Notes: generated from the sequence alone by a model not told the origin. A DNA stretch of 64,000 nt from Candidatus Latescibacterota bacterium (GCA_965222605.1 OZ244960.1:1920001-1984000), one strand, 5' to 3'. Positions 1-11,800 are shown, counted from the first letter of the stretch. Program-made: numbers and translations.

Positions 1-2
1 TG

Positions 3-146
3 CTCGCAATGGCCGAGAAAGCATCAGCTATTGCGACCGAAACATATCTTGAAGCGCGTGCTAATCGCGGGAGCAAAGAGAAATTTCTGGCTGCAATGGC
101 AAAGGTAGCAGACGTCGATCCGCCGGATGAACAGGATAGGCTTTAA
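3..146 (+). CDS. C-terminal part of a small HicB/CopG-like antitoxin-type protein (5' end outside window)
   Basis: Open frame LAMAEKASAIATETYLEARANRGSKEKFLAAMAKVADVDPPDEQDRL* ending TAA at 144-146; resembles small ribbon-helix-helix antitoxins. Confidence 0.5.
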   Translation, partial: LAMAEKASAIATETYLEARANRGSKEKFLAAMAKVADVDPPDEQDRL

Positions 147-162
147 TCAGAGATAGCAGAAC

Positions 163-1167
163 ATGAATAATACGATCAAACCACCGAGATTAAAACCGGG
201 TGATACTGTGGGGATTGCCTCGCCCGCTGCCTCATTTTTTTCTTTTACTAACAATTGGCTTTCCCGTGCCCTGACGGCCATTGAACGTCTCGGTTTGAAA
301 GTTCAGATAGCGAGTAACGCACTCCATCAACGCGAACATTTGAATCCAGCCCCCCAATTGCGCGTCAATGATCTTCACGACCTATTTGCTGACTCGAACA
401 TCAAAGCGATTTTTTGTCTCTCAGGAGGATCTGGTACCAATGCACTCCTTCCCTTACTCGACTGGAATTTGATTGCACATTCCCCTAAGATATTGATGGG
501 ATACAGCGCGAATACGGCCCTGTTACTTGGCATCTACGCACGTCTCAATATAGTCACTTTCCACGGGCCAACCCTACTCAACGGTCTTAGCGAATTTCCC
601 AAACCCTTGAGTTATACGCTCGAAAGTATAAAAGATGTCCTATTTACACCAACCGCCCCGGGCTCATTGGAGGCACCGGAGACCTGGACAGATGATGGGC
701 CCAGTGAAAACAGCCCGCGCAAAATGAAAAATAATACTGGTTGGCACTGGCTCAAAGGTGGCAAAACTCAGGGACCTCTTATAGGTGGCAATCTCCATAC
801 CGTGCTGACATTGGCTGATACGCCATTTTGGCCTTCATTTCACGGTAAAATTCTTTATCTGGAAGAGGCCAATATGGGAAATACCGTTCTTATGTATGCC
901 GAGGAAGCCCTTGCACAATGCCAACAGATCGGTCTTTTCAGGAAAATTTCTGGTTTGGTCATGGGGAAAATGAACAACCTATCTCAAGACCAGGAAGAGT
1001 TACTTCAAACGTTGATAGGTTATTACACATCGGCATTTGATTTTCCCATCCTGACACAAGTAGATATCGGGCATACAAGTCCTCAAATGGTTCTTCCAAA
1101 TGGTATCAAAGCAACGCTTGACTCTGAACAAAATCTCTTTTCTATAGATGAAGCAGCAGTCATCTGA
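163..1167 (+). CDS. LD-carboxypeptidase / MccF-like S66 peptidase
   Basis: N-terminal PPRLKPGDTVGIASPA; GYS (Ser), LEE (Glu) and DIGHT (His) triad motifs; GPLIGGNL. Confidence 0.9.
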   Translation: MNNTIKPPRLKPGDTVGIASPAASFFSFTNNWLSRALTAIERLGLKVQIASNALHQREHLNPAPQLRVNDLHDLFADSNIKAIFCLSGGSGTNALLPLLDWNLIAHSPKILMGYSANTALLLGIYARLNIVTFHGPTLLNGLSEFPKPLSYTLESIKDVLFTPTAPGSLEAPETWTDDGPSENSPRKMKNNTGWHWLKGGKTQGPLIGGNLHTVLTLADTPFWPSFHGKILYLEEANMGNTVLMYAEEALAQCQQIGLFRKISGLVMGKMNNLSQDQEELLQTLIGYYTSAFDFPILTQVDIGHTSPQMVLPNGIKATLDSEQNLFSIDEAAVI

Positions 1168-1269
1168 AGCACACCAAACGCGCTTGCGTTCTGCACATCT
1201 AAAGAAACAAAAGGTCGTGAGGGGTTATTCCTCATGACCTTTTTGATATCTGAAAAACAATATATTTTT

Positions 1270-1345
1270 TGGTGACCCCGAGGGGAGTCGAACCCCCGTC
1301 TCCAGAGTGAGAGTCTGGTGTCCTGGGCCACTGAACGACGGGGTC
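1270..1345 (-). tRNA. tRNA-Glu (CTC)
   Basis: Reverse complement GACCCCG...CGGGGTCACCA; anticodon arm CCAGA-CTCTCAC-TCTGG; T loop GTTCGACTC; encoded CCA. Confidence 0.95.
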
Positions 1346-1400
1346 ACTCACAAGAAGATGGCGACAACCTAATAAAGTTCGATAGTTTTGTCAAGCCTCC

Positions 1401-2651
1401 CTACTCAACAAGCGCCTCATAAACCAGAGGCTGGAAAGGCCTCACAATATTGCCCGACCCGCGCAACTGGGTCCACACCATAGAAATCATCTCATTTTGG
1501 GGATCAATCCAGAAATGCGTCTTGGCAATACCAGACCAATAATACGTCCCATTCCTATCCTCCCACGCCGTCTCCGTCTCATCCACAATCACAGAAAAAC
1601 CATAGCCAAAACCATCGCTCTTGCGCTGGCGGTGTCGGTAACGTGCCGTCTCGGGCAAGTGATTAGCCGTCATAAGCTGAATCGTTTCCGGTTTCAAGAT
1701 GCGCGTACCGTACAACTCGCCACCATTGAGCAACATCTGGGAAAATCGGAGATAATCCCGAGCCGTACTCACCAACCCGCCGCCACCGGACTCCCGTGCA
1801 TCGCGCCGTGCATTGCTCCGAAGGCTGCGCGCCTCAAATTTGTCTTCCTTGTTCTTCCCATACACTTTAGCCAGGCGGTCGCGCTTTTCCTCCGGCACAT
1901 AAAAACTTGTATTGACCATCTCTAAAGGCACAAAAATACGCTGCGAGAAAAACTCGCCCAAAGACATATCAGAAGCGACCTCGACCACACTGCCGAGGAT
2001 ATCGGTAGCTACGCTATAGAGCCATCGGGTCCCAGGCTGAAAACGCAAAGGCAATTGGGCGACCTTCTGGGCATATTTGACATTTGATTTGGACGCATAC
2101 AGATTCGCAATCCGATAAAGCGTATCGACAGATGTTTGCCCAAAAATGCCATACGTCAAACCAGATGTATGCGACAACAAATCCGCAATCGTTATCGCGT
2201 GCTCGAGCGGCACCAGAACTGGATTCTCCGTCCCGCCACCCGTATAAACCTTTGTCTCGGCAAATTCGGGTATAAACTTAGACACCGGATCGTCCAGCTT
2301 CAGCTTGCCCTCTTCGTAGAGCATCATAATAGCAACACTGGTAACGGGTTTGGTCATAGAATAAATGCGAAAAAGCGTATCCTCCGTCATCGGCTTATTC
2401 GATTCCCTATCGCGCAAACCTGCAGTCTCGAAATGCACAATTTTGCCTTTTCGGGCGATCAGCGTCAAAACACCCGCAAACTTCCCAGAATCCACAAGTG
2501 CCTGCATTGCGGGTTGGATCTTCGCAAGACCTTCTGCAGAAAACCCCATCTCTGCGGGATCTCCGTGGGGAATTTCAGCAGCAAAAATTGGGTGAAAAGA
2601 CAGAAGAGCAATGAGCAGAACAAACAGGCTACGTTTTAGAAAGCGCGTCAT
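1401..2651 (-). CDS. Serine hydrolase, beta-lactamase class C family, with signal peptide
   Basis: SMTK catalytic motif, LLSHTSG, WLYS, GGGGLVST; hydrophobic N-terminus. Confidence 0.9.
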   Translation of the reverse strand: MTRFLKRSLFVLLIALLSFHPIFAAEIPHGDPAEMGFSAEGLAKIQPAMQALVDSGKFAGVLTLIARKGKIVHFETAGLRDRESNKPMTEDTLFRIYSMTKPVTSVAIMMLYEEGKLKLDDPVSKFIPEFAETKVYTGGGTENPVLVPLEHAITIADLLSHTSGLTYGIFGQTSVDTLYRIANLYASKSNVKYAQKVAQLPLRFQPGTRWLYSVATDILGSVVEVASDMSLGEFFSQRIFVPLEMVNTSFYVPEEKRDRLAKVYGKNKEDKFEARSLRSNARRDARESGGGGLVSTARDYLRFSQMLLNGGELYGTRILKPETIQLMTANHLPETARYRHRQRKSDGFGYGFSVIVDETETAWEDRNGTYYWSGIAKTHFWIDPQNEMISMVWTQLRGSGNIVRPFQPLVYEALVE

Positions 2652-2676
2652 GTAAATACTCTCCTTTATTTTCTAT

Positions 2677-2708
2677 AAAAAAAGGGTTACACCGTTGAGA
2701 TGTAACCC
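2677..2708 (-). terminator. Intrinsic terminator downstream of tRNA-Arg
   Basis: GGGTTACA...TGTAACCC stem with a T7 run on the minus strand. Confidence 0.7.
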
Positions 2709-2720
2709 CTTCTCTTGATC

Positions 2721-2797
2721 TGGTGCGGACGCCAGGATTCGAACCCGGAACCGTCTGATCCGTAGTCAGGTGCTCTATCCAGTTGAGCTACATCCGC
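2721..2797 (-). tRNA. tRNA-Arg (ACG)
   Basis: Reverse complement GCGGATGTAGCTCAACTGGATAGAGC...CTGA-CTACGGA-TCAG...GGTTCGAATCC...CGTCCGCACCA. Confidence 0.95.
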
Positions 2798-2971
2798 TAA
2801 AATCAAGCACTTAAGTATATTTGTGACAGCACAATGTCGCAAGACCTGCAAAGATATCAAAACTGCCAGATACTGTCAAGCGGAAATGGGTTATTATCCC
2901 AGATTGCCAAGAGTGTTTTGGGTTGCCCCCAACGCCAGAATGTATAATCATAGTGCAAAGAAGGGACTAAT

Positions 2972-2999
2972 CGGGCGGGCACAGGGGCACCGCCCCTAC
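2972..2999. repeat. GTAG-family REP-like palindrome
   Basis: CGGGCGGGCACAGGGGCACCGCCCCTAC, near-identical to 24049-24076. Confidence 0.65.
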
Positions 3000-3022
3000 A
3001 TATCTTAACCGAGGAACCACTC

Positions 3023-4189
3023 ATGAACCTTGAAACGCAATTGATCCATGCAGGTGAAGAAGAAAAAAAATACGAAGGGGCGGTCGCGCTGCCCATATTT
3101 CAGAGTGCCACATTTGCATACAGCAGTGAAGACAGTTACCACGACATAAAATATCTTCGCCTGAACAACACCCCCAATCACACAGTAGTTCATGAAAAAC
3201 TGGCGCAAATTGCGGGTGGTGAAGCCGCCGTAGTCACCGCATCGGGCATGGCAGCGATAACCACCGCCCTATTGACCGTATTGAAAAAAGGCGATCACCT
3301 CCTCGCACAAAATTGTCTCTATGGCGGAACGCGCGTTTTTTTGGCACGCGACATCGCCGACTTTGGAATTGACGTTGATTTCGTGTCGGGAAACGCGCCA
3401 GATGAATGGAAAAGATTGGTGCGACCCGAAACCCGCGCCATCTATGTCGAAACCATGAGCAATCCCCTGCTGGAAGTTGCCGACCTCCCATCCGTCGTCA
3501 CCTTTGCCCAATCCCATAACCTCATCTCCATGATCGACAACACCTTTGCCTCGCCAGTGAACTTTCGCCCCTTAGACATGGGCTTTGACCTCTCCTTGCA
3601 CAGTTGTACAAAATATCTGAATGGACATTCGGATATCGTAGCTGGCTGCGCGATTGGGTCACGCGATCTGATCACCCGCATTATGCACCGTCTGAATATC
3701 ATGGGCGGCTGCCTGGATCCACACGCCTGCTTTCTCTTACTACGCGGCATGAAAACACTCGCCCTGCGCATGGAAAAACAAAACGAAAACGCACACGCAT
3801 TGGCTTCTTTTTTAGAAAATCACCCGGCCGTAGAACGCGTAAATTATCCGGGCTTATCCAGCCATCCACAACACAACTGTGCCAAAAAGCTATTTAAGGG
3901 ATGTGGCGGGGTATTGAGTTTTGAAGTAGTCGGCGACAGCCGCGTGGCTGATGCGGTAATATCGAGACTAAAATTGCCAATCTCCGCACCCAGCCTGGGC
4001 GGCATCGAAACACTGATCACCCGACCCGTACAAACATCACACTCGGGACTAACCGACGAAGAGCGACGCGACGCGGGGATTTCCGAGCGATTGATCCGCG
4101 TAGCAGTCGGCATTGAAGCCGCGGAGGACTTATGCGCGGATTTTGGGCAAGCTCTGAGATGCGTAGAAAAGGAGAAACAACATGGATAA
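3023..4189 (+). CDS. PLP-dependent trans-sulfuration enzyme (cystathionine gamma-lyase/synthase or methionine gamma-lyase family)
   Basis: ASGMAAI, DNTFASP, HSCTKYLNGHSD (PLP lysine), SLGGIETL. Confidence 0.9.
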   Translation: MNLETQLIHAGEEEKKYEGAVALPIFQSATFAYSSEDSYHDIKYLRLNNTPNHTVVHEKLAQIAGGEAAVVTASGMAAITTALLTVLKKGDHLLAQNCLYGGTRVFLARDIADFGIDVDFVSGNAPDEWKRLVRPETRAIYVETMSNPLLEVADLPSVVTFAQSHNLISMIDNTFASPVNFRPLDMGFDLSLHSCTKYLNGHSDIVAGCAIGSRDLITRIMHRLNIMGGCLDPHACFLLLRGMKTLALRMEKQNENAHALASFLENHPAVERVNYPGLSSHPQHNCAKKLFKGCGGVLSFEVVGDSRVADAVISRLKLPISAPSLGGIETLITRPVQTSHSGLTDEERRDAGISERLIRVAVGIEAAEDLCADFGQALRCVEKEKQHG

Positions 4190-5003
4190 TAAAATCAAAA
4201 TTGGAATGTTAAAAGCCATGCCACAAAAGTGGGATGTCGCGGAGAATTGGGCGATATTTGAAAAACAATTTGAGACACATGGGGGAGATACAGACGTATT
4301 CATAACCCCGGAATGTTTCCTGGATGGATACGCAGTCACAGAGAAAAATTGGACCGCAGAACACTTTGCCGAAGTAGCCCAGGACGTCGAGCAGAGCGCG
4401 TACATCCAACAGGTATGCGAGATGGCGCGTGCATCGCGCACCCATATTGTCTTTGGATTCACTGAAAAACGCGCGGGATATTTTTACAATGCTGCTATAT
4501 TAGTGAACCGTGCGGGAAAAATTGTCGGGACATATTACAAAACGCATTTGCAATCGCACGACCACCGTTTTGTGCGCGGCAATGACCTGCCCGTATTCGA
4601 TCTCGACTTTGGCACAGTAGGCATGGTCATTTGTGCGGATCGCCGATGGCCCGAGTCAATTCGCACATTGCGGCTCAAAGGCGCGAAAATCTGTTTGATG
4701 CCAACCTATGGCATGTGGCATGAAGAAAATGAGTGGTGGATGCGCACGCGATCCTACGAAAATCAGATGTTCGTGTGTTTCACACATCCCAACGTAGCCC
4801 TCATCACAGATCCGCGCGGCAAGGTAGCGGCAAAATTGCAATCCAACGTGCCAGATGTGTTGATCCACGAGATCGATACAGAAGACGCATCGGATGAAAA
4901 CCATCTGAGCGACCGGCGCCCCGAACTCTACGGGGTAATGGGAAAAGTTGATCACTGGTCACAGCAGCCCGAATTTTCATCGCCAACTTACAGAGGGGAG
5001 TAA
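4182..5003 (+). CDS. Carbon-nitrogen hydrolase (nitrilase superfamily)
   Basis: PE, YYKTHL and ICADRRWPE give the Glu-Lys-Cys triad. Confidence 0.9.
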   Translation: MDNKIKIGMLKAMPQKWDVAENWAIFEKQFETHGGDTDVFITPECFLDGYAVTEKNWTAEHFAEVAQDVEQSAYIQQVCEMARASRTHIVFGFTEKRAGYFYNAAILVNRAGKIVGTYYKTHLQSHDHRFVRGNDLPVFDLDFGTVGMVICADRRWPESIRTLRLKGAKICLMPTYGMWHEENEWWMRTRSYENQMFVCFTHPNVALITDPRGKVAAKLQSNVPDVLIHEIDTEDASDENHLSDRRPELYGVMGKVDHWSQQPEFSSPTYRGE

Positions 5004-5006
5004 ACC

Positions 5007-6056
5007 ATGTATCGCATTGGACTAATTGGCAATCGGGCGCACCAGAATAGTTACGGCCCGATCTGGCAGGGACGAGAGGATTGCAAAATCGTCGCAGCGG
5101 CAGAGCACCACGCGGGCAAAGGCGAGGCCCTATCTCAACTCTACGGCCTTGAAGTCGCCCGAGAATACGACGCAGTTCTGGAAGACCCAAATGTGGATAT
5201 CGTCTCCATCTGCACGGACTTTTATCTCAAGCGCACGCTAATAAAAAAAGCCCTCGCCTGCGGCAAACACGTACTGGTCGATAAAGCCATTGCGCGAACC
5301 GTTGTCGAAGCCAGAGAAATTGTCGATACTGTCGCAGGCGCATCAAACAAAGTGATGCTGACCTACCCCTCGCGATTTTCACCGACAATGATAAGACTCA
5401 AAAAAGCCCTTGACCAGGGCGAATACGGACGTATTTCCGCTTATGCCCACAACAGCGTAAAACAATTTTTTGGCGACCTCATGGCTTATGTGAGCTATCC
5501 GGCACCAGCCATACAAAATGGCGGGGGTGAATTGATGAATTTGGGCAGCCATACAGTGGATGCTCTGCTCTGGTTTTTTGGCATGCCCAACAGGGTGAGT
5601 TGCCAGATGCAAAATCTCTACTTTGAGGAATACGAGCAATTTGGCACAGAAGATATCGCCACGCTCTGGTGTGAATATCCCGATTTTACAGCAACACTTA
5701 CCGCGGGAAGGTCAAAAGCGCGACGCGAAGATGCCACATTCGATTGCGTCAACATCACGGGCGAAGGCGCGTGGGTTCAGGTAGATCGCCTGGGATATGC
5801 TGTCAATGGAGAGATCGTCGATAATCCACCGCCCAGGGCAGCGGGACTGGCAGCCTGTGTAGCCCATCTCATCGACTGCATCGAGCAAGACGCGACACCC
5901 GTCACCAGTGCAGAAAATGGACTATCCGTTGCCCTGCTCACAACAGCCGCCTATCAAGCCGCACACACAGGCGAACCTGTCACCTTGCCCTTACAAAATG
6001 AGCAACACCCCCTCATCGCCGCAGAAGACCACATCGTTGACCGTTTGCTGGATTAA
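5007..6056 (+). CDS. Gfo/Idh/MocA family oxidoreductase
   Basis: RIGLIG, GKHVLVDKAIA, GGGELMNLGSH. Confidence 0.85.
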   Translation: MYRIGLIGNRAHQNSYGPIWQGREDCKIVAAAEHHAGKGEALSQLYGLEVAREYDAVLEDPNVDIVSICTDFYLKRTLIKKALACGKHVLVDKAIARTVVEAREIVDTVAGASNKVMLTYPSRFSPTMIRLKKALDQGEYGRISAYAHNSVKQFFGDLMAYVSYPAPAIQNGGGELMNLGSHTVDALLWFFGMPNRVSCQMQNLYFEEYEQFGTEDIATLWCEYPDFTATLTAGRSKARREDATFDCVNITGEGAWVQVDRLGYAVNGEIVDNPPPRAAGLAACVAHLIDCIEQDATPVTSAENGLSVALLTTAAYQAAHTGEPVTLPLQNEQHPLIAAEDHIVDRLLD

Positions 6057-6070
6057 TCAGGAGGTATCAA

Positions 6071-7111
6071 ATGAACACGTACCGCGCTGTTATCGTGGGA
6101 TTGACGGGCATTGGAGCCAGCCGCCCGCATGAAACTCGGGGACCAGTCTTTGGCGCGATGCCGCCATCGCACGCATCGGCATATCACAAACACACTCAAA
6201 CAGAAGTCGTCGGCGTATGCGACTTGCGCCAGGAGGCGTTGGATGACTTCTCCGAGCGATGGGGCGATGTCTGGCCCGACATGAATACTTATACAGATTT
6301 CATGGAAATGCTGGACAAAGAGCAGCCCGACCTGGTCAGTGTCGTGACATCTGATCACGCACACGCCGATATCACAGTAGCATCCGCCGAGGGATCGGCA
6401 CGGGCGATCTTGTGCGAAAAACCCATTGCGACAACCATGGCCGATGCCGACCGCATGATCGCAGCCGCAGAAGCAAATAACGTACTGCTCTCAATTGAAC
6501 ACACGCGCCGCTGGTATCCGAGTTTTCTACAAGCCCGGGAAATGATCCGGTCCGGCGAATTGGGCCGTTTGCGAACCATAGTCTGCGACCAATTTGGAAC
6601 GCGCGCCATGATGTTCCGCAACGGCACGCACATGATCGATATGATGTGTTTTTTTGCCGAAGCGAATCCCGAGTGGTTGGTCAGCGAACTGGAACCCGGA
6701 TTCGAGCACTTCACCGAATACAAAGGCGATGGCGGGCACGATCCAGCGACCGATCCTTATGCATCTGCGTACATCCATTTTGACAATGGCGTACGCGCAT
6801 TTTACAACTGCCGCAAAATGGCGTTTAACGGATCAAAATTTTCTCTAACGTGTGAAAATGGACGGATCGAAATCTCAGATCAAAAATTCGAGGTAATCAC
6901 ACAAAAAAACCCGCGCTGGTGGTCGCATGCAGAAGTCCCCGTAGATCCGTATATAGCGATCCGACAAATTGGCGCAGTCTCAGAACTCATCCACGTCTTA
7001 GAAAACGGTGGCACACTCGTCTCACCCGCACGCGAAGCCAGAAAAACACTTCAGATCATGCTGGGCATACTGGACTCTCATCACGCGGGAAATATGCGGG
7101 TCGATCTTTAG
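6071..7111 (+). CDS. Gfo/Idh/MocA family oxidoreductase
   Basis: ILCEKPIA, NGTHMID. Confidence 0.9.
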   Translation: MNTYRAVIVGLTGIGASRPHETRGPVFGAMPPSHASAYHKHTQTEVVGVCDLRQEALDDFSERWGDVWPDMNTYTDFMEMLDKEQPDLVSVVTSDHAHADITVASAEGSARAILCEKPIATTMADADRMIAAAEANNVLLSIEHTRRWYPSFLQAREMIRSGELGRLRTIVCDQFGTRAMMFRNGTHMIDMMCFFAEANPEWLVSELEPGFEHFTEYKGDGGHDPATDPYASAYIHFDNGVRAFYNCRKMAFNGSKFSLTCENGRIEISDQKFEVITQKNPRWWSHAEVPVDPYIAIRQIGAVSELIHVLENGGTLVSPAREARKTLQIMLGILDSHHAGNMRVDL

Positions 7112-7144
7112 GGCCTGTTTGAAGCAGATAAACAGGAGTAAATC

Positions 7145-8689
7145 ATGACCAGACGCAGACTACCCATCGGCATACAGACCTTCCGCAAAATTTGGGAGGA
7201 GAACTGCTATTACGTTGACAAAACCCCTTACATTCAGCGGCTGATAGATGAAGGCACACATTATTTTTTATCCCGCCCGCGCCGCTTTGGCAAAAGCCTT
7301 TTCCTTGACACGTTGAAGGAACTATTCGAGGGCAATGAACCGCTGTTCGAGGAGCTTTACATCCATGACCTCTGGGATTGGGGGGTGCGCTATCCCGTGC
7401 TGCGGCTCGACTTTGGCAGCGGAAGTTACGTAGAGCCGGGCGATTTGCACAAAGAGACAATGGCGCAGTTGGACGCTATTGCAGAAGAAGCCGGGATCGA
7501 ACCCCGTTACGACACAGCAGCGGCTCGCTTCCGCCATCTGATACAGGCACTGCATCGGCGGGATAACCAGCGTGTCGCCGTGCTGATCGACGAATACGAC
7601 AAGCCGATCCTGGACGCGCTCGAGATGCCGGAGATCGCACGCACCAACCGCGACTACCTGCGCGGACTGTATTCGGCTATCAAGGTAAGCGACGCCCACG
7701 TCAAGTTCACCTTCCTCACCGGCGTCAGCAAATTCTCCAAGGTCAGCTTGTTCTCCGGCCTCAACAACCTCAAAGACATCACATTGGATGCGCGCTACTC
7801 GGCCATCTGCGGCTACACCGATGCGGACCTGGACACGGTATTCGCACCAGAGTTGCCAGACCTGAACCGCGATCAAATCCGCGACTGGTACAACGGCTAT
7901 AGATGGCTGGGAGAGGAGGTCTATAACCCGTTCGACATTCTCCTGCTCTTCGACAAGCGACAATTCGGTGCCTACTGGTTCGAGACCGGTACGCCCACGT
8001 TTCTGATCAAGATGTTAGTAGATCGCGGGGTGAGTTCTATAGACCTGAACAATATGCTGGGCAGCGACGAATTATTATCCACATTTGACGTTGACGATAT
8101 CGCCACCGAAGCACTGCTGTTCCAGACCGGCTATCTCACGATTCGCCAAACCGAGCCGCGCGGAGAGCGGATGTTCTACAGACTGGGCTACCCGAACCGT
8201 GAGGTACGGCAGAGCTTGCACGAGAGCCTGTTGAGCCATCTGATTGGACACTCGTCGCGCAGCGTAGAACACAGTGCTCGTCTTTACGACCTGTTGCTGG
8301 TAAACGACTTCACCGGCCTGGAAAACCTGTTCAATGCATTCTTCGCCAGCATTCCCTACCAGTGTCACACGAACAACGACATCGCGGATTACGAGGGCTA
8401 CTACGCCAGCGTGTTCTACTCCTACTTTGCGTCAGTGGGATTGGACATCGTTGTAGAGGACAGCAGCAGCCACGGGCGTCTGGACATGGCGGTTCGCTTC
8501 AACGGCAACATCTATCTGTTCGAGTTCAAAGTGGTAGAACTGGCACCGGAGGGCACCGCGATGGCACAACTAAAAGTGCGGCAATACGCCGACAAATACC
8601 GCGACCTGGGCGAGCCAATCCACCTGATCGCCGTAGAGTTCAGCCGAGAAACCCGCAATCTGGTGGTGTTCGAGACAGCTCTGGCATGA
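7145..8689 (+). CDS. AAA-ATPase-like protein with C-terminal PD-(D/E)XK nuclease (PDDEXK_9 type)
   Basis: LPIGIQTF, YYVDKT, SRPRRFGKS (Walker A), LIDEYDKP, C-terminal GRLDM...FEFK. Confidence 0.9.
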   Translation: MTRRRLPIGIQTFRKIWEENCYYVDKTPYIQRLIDEGTHYFLSRPRRFGKSLFLDTLKELFEGNEPLFEELYIHDLWDWGVRYPVLRLDFGSGSYVEPGDLHKETMAQLDAIAEEAGIEPRYDTAAARFRHLIQALHRRDNQRVAVLIDEYDKPILDALEMPEIARTNRDYLRGLYSAIKVSDAHVKFTFLTGVSKFSKVSLFSGLNNLKDITLDARYSAICGYTDADLDTVFAPELPDLNRDQIRDWYNGYRWLGEEVYNPFDILLLFDKRQFGAYWFETGTPTFLIKMLVDRGVSSIDLNNMLGSDELLSTFDVDDIATEALLFQTGYLTIRQTEPRGERMFYRLGYPNREVRQSLHESLLSHLIGHSSRSVEHSARLYDLLLVNDFTGLENLFNAFFASIPYQCHTNNDIADYEGYYASVFYSYFASVGLDIVVEDSSSHGRLDMAVRFNGNIYLFEFKVVELAPEGTAMAQLKVRQYADKYRDLGEPIHLIAVEFSRETRNLVVFETALA

Positions 8690-8889
8690 GGTACAACTAC
8701 CCATCGGATCTGGAAACTAAATAGTGCCACAGAAAGAGCAGATATTACAAGTTGAGCGAGTAGTCTATGGGGTTTGGAGGATGAAACTTGAACTGGCACG
8801 ACAGAGCAAAGTTGAAGGATTAACCTGTCCAGAAATACTGGGTGAATTGGCAGAAAAACTCACCACCAAACTCAATAGGAAAATAAATA

Positions 8890-11800
8890 ATGGAGATGGG
8901 ATTTTCACAGGGACAAATCGTGGTTTTGAAGTCTGATTCTTCTGTGAAGGGAGCGGTTGTTGAGGTATTGCCAGGTGGGGATGAGGATCGGGTCAGGGTT
9001 TTTACAGAGGGAAATATTCAAACGTATTACGCCTCTCAGTTGAAAACCGGAGAGCAACCCGATGACGACTTTCAACTTCTTTCGCGTGATCAGTTTCACG
9101 CCTACCTGACCGCCCTACAAATACGGCATCCGAGCCTATCGAATTTGTATTCACTCAATGCGGCTCGCGTTGACTTTATACCCTACCAGTTTCGCCCGGT
9201 GCTAAGATTCATTCGGTCAGATCGTCCGAGACTTCTGATTGCAGACGGCGTAGGAGTGGGTAAGACAATTGAGGCGGGATTGATCCTCCGGGAGTTGCAG
9301 GCCAGACGTGACATCAACTCTGTACTCATTATATGCCCGCGTCCATTGGTGACCGAGCGCAAATGGGAGAGTGAGATGAAACGATTTGACGAGCGTTTCA
9401 CCCATCTCGACGGACCTACCTTGAGATACTGCATCAATGAGATGGACCTGGAAGGCGTATGGCCCCAACAGCATCAGCGAACAATTCTTCCTTATTCGTT
9501 ATTTGACGAGGTGCTCCTTCACGGTTCAAAGAGAAGGGGCAGAGGAAAAAGCAGAAAAGGTCTGCTGGATTTAGACCCGCCTCCACGATTCGATCTTGTA
9601 ATTGTCGATGAAGCCCACCATATTCGCAATCAGATTACTTACTCTCACCAGGCTGTGCGATTTTTCTGCGATCACGCCGAAGCCGCGATATTTCTGACCG
9701 CTACGCCTATCCAGCTTCGTAGCCATGACTTGTTTGTTCTGCTGAATACGCTCCGTCCCGATCTCATCCTGGATCATGAGAGCTTTGAGCACATGGCAGA
9801 GCCAAACCCATTTATCAACCAAGCTGTGGACTATGTACGCACACAGGAGCAGGATTGGACTGCGCGGACTATAGAAGTCCTTGACCAGACAACCCAAACT
9901 GCTTGGGGACGAGCGATTCTCCGCGACAATCCTGAATTTAAGCGGGTACAAGAACGACTGGCTGAAGGTCGTATTACCTCTGATGAAAGGGTGCAACTCA
10001 TCACGGACATTGAGTCATTGCATACGTTCTCGGGAATTATCAACAGGACGCGACGGCGCGATATCGGTACGTTTACCATTAGAAAATCGGAAACAGTCAA
10101 CGTTTCATTTACCGCTTCACAGCAACCACTACACGACCAGTTGCTCGAGGTACAAGCAGAGATATTTCGTAGGCTCCATGGGAATATAAACGTCAAGTTC
10201 ATGATGACCACAATCCGGCGACAAGCCGCGAGTTGTTTGTATGGATTAGCTCCTTTTCTCGAAGATATTTTGAGCCGCCATCTCGACGAATTAGAATGGG
10301 ACGAAGCCGACGATATGAGAGCCGTGCCATCAAGCGATACCATTGATTCCATCCAATCGCAAATCCAAGTGATTCTCGAGAAGGCACGATCTCTTGATCC
10401 CTATGATCCGAAGTTGGAGGCCTTTCGCAAAGTCATCCGGGAAAAACAGAGCTTGTCCAACAACAAAATTATGTTGTTCAGTAGCTTTCGACACACACTT
10501 AGATATCTTTACAAACATCTCAAGGCGGATGGCGTTCGTGTCGGTATGATTCACGGTGGGACGCCCGATGAAGAGCGAGTTGCTCTTCGAAGCCGTTTTG
10601 AGAAGCCGCGAGAGAATAGCGATACTCTTGATGTCCTATTGTTTTCGGAAATCGGTTGCGAAGGATTGGACTACCAGTTTTGCGATTGTATTGTGAATTA
10701 TGATCTGCCGTGGAATCCAATGCGCGTTGAGCAGCGAATTGGTCGTATTGACCGCAACGGCCAGCAGAGCGAAACCGTCGCCATTGTCAACTTGATCACT
10801 CCCGGAACAGTTGATGCAGACATTTATGAGCGTTGTCTTGTTCGCATAGGTGTGTTCAATAGTGCTCTTGGCAGCAACGAAGAAATACTTGGGGAGATCA
10901 CCAGAGAGATCAAAAATATCGCGGAAAATTATTCTTTGACCGAAGAGGACCGAAGGGCCAAGTTGCAGCAGTTGGCAGATAACAAGATTCGATTGGTACA
11001 AGAACAAGATAAACTGGAACAGAAGCAGATGGAGCTCTTCGGTATTCGTCTTCCTGAAGATCAGATGAAGAAGGAAATCGAAGATGCCTCAAGCTTTTGG
11101 TTGTCGCCGACCTCCCTGCAAAGACTCGTCGCGCTCTATCTACAGCAAAAGTGCGGGGAAGCTCATGCTTTTATTCTTGGAGAGAGGCCCTTGAAAACGC
11201 TCCGCCTTTCACAAGATGCCCGCAATATCCTTTTGCGCGACTTTCGGCAACTTCCCCGCCAGAACACGACAGCCTATCGCGATTGGGAGAATTGGCTAAA
11301 GGGCGGAGACCCGCACTTGTCCATAACCTTCGATCAGGACTGCGCCACGCAGCATCCCGAGGCCGCTTTCGTCATGCCGCTCCACCCTTTGGTAAAACAG
11401 GCGGCGAAGTCATTCGATACGAAGGAACGAGTTATCGTAAGCCTGAAGGCACAAGCCAATGAAGTACCTGCTGGTCGTTATGAATTTGCCATTTACCAGT
11501 GGCGGTTCCAGGGTATCAGGGAGGATTTGATGCTCAAGCCAATTGCCTCATCAGAGACCTTAACATCACACTTGAGCCATCTTCTTGAGAAAACCGTAGA
11601 TGCAGACAATAAAAAAAGAAGCACCGCTGCTGTGTGGGATGAATTAGACGCTCATCATTACAAGTTGTGGTCCGAGGAACGCACAGATCATCAGCAACGA
11701 AATCAGGAGTTAGCGAAATATCGCAAAGAGAGCCTGTCAACGAGCCACCAGGCACGCATGGCACTTCTTGTCGAACAACTTGCACAGGCAAACGACGAAA

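Noticed and set aside
1270-2797. tRNA genes as possible integration sites of an island
   Set aside because: No integrase and no duplicated tRNA 3' end seen in the window
8724-8936. 70-aa ORF upstream of the SNF2 helicase
   Set aside because: GTG start without a clear RBS, overlaps the helicase start, no recognisable motif; possibly a remnant but unsupported
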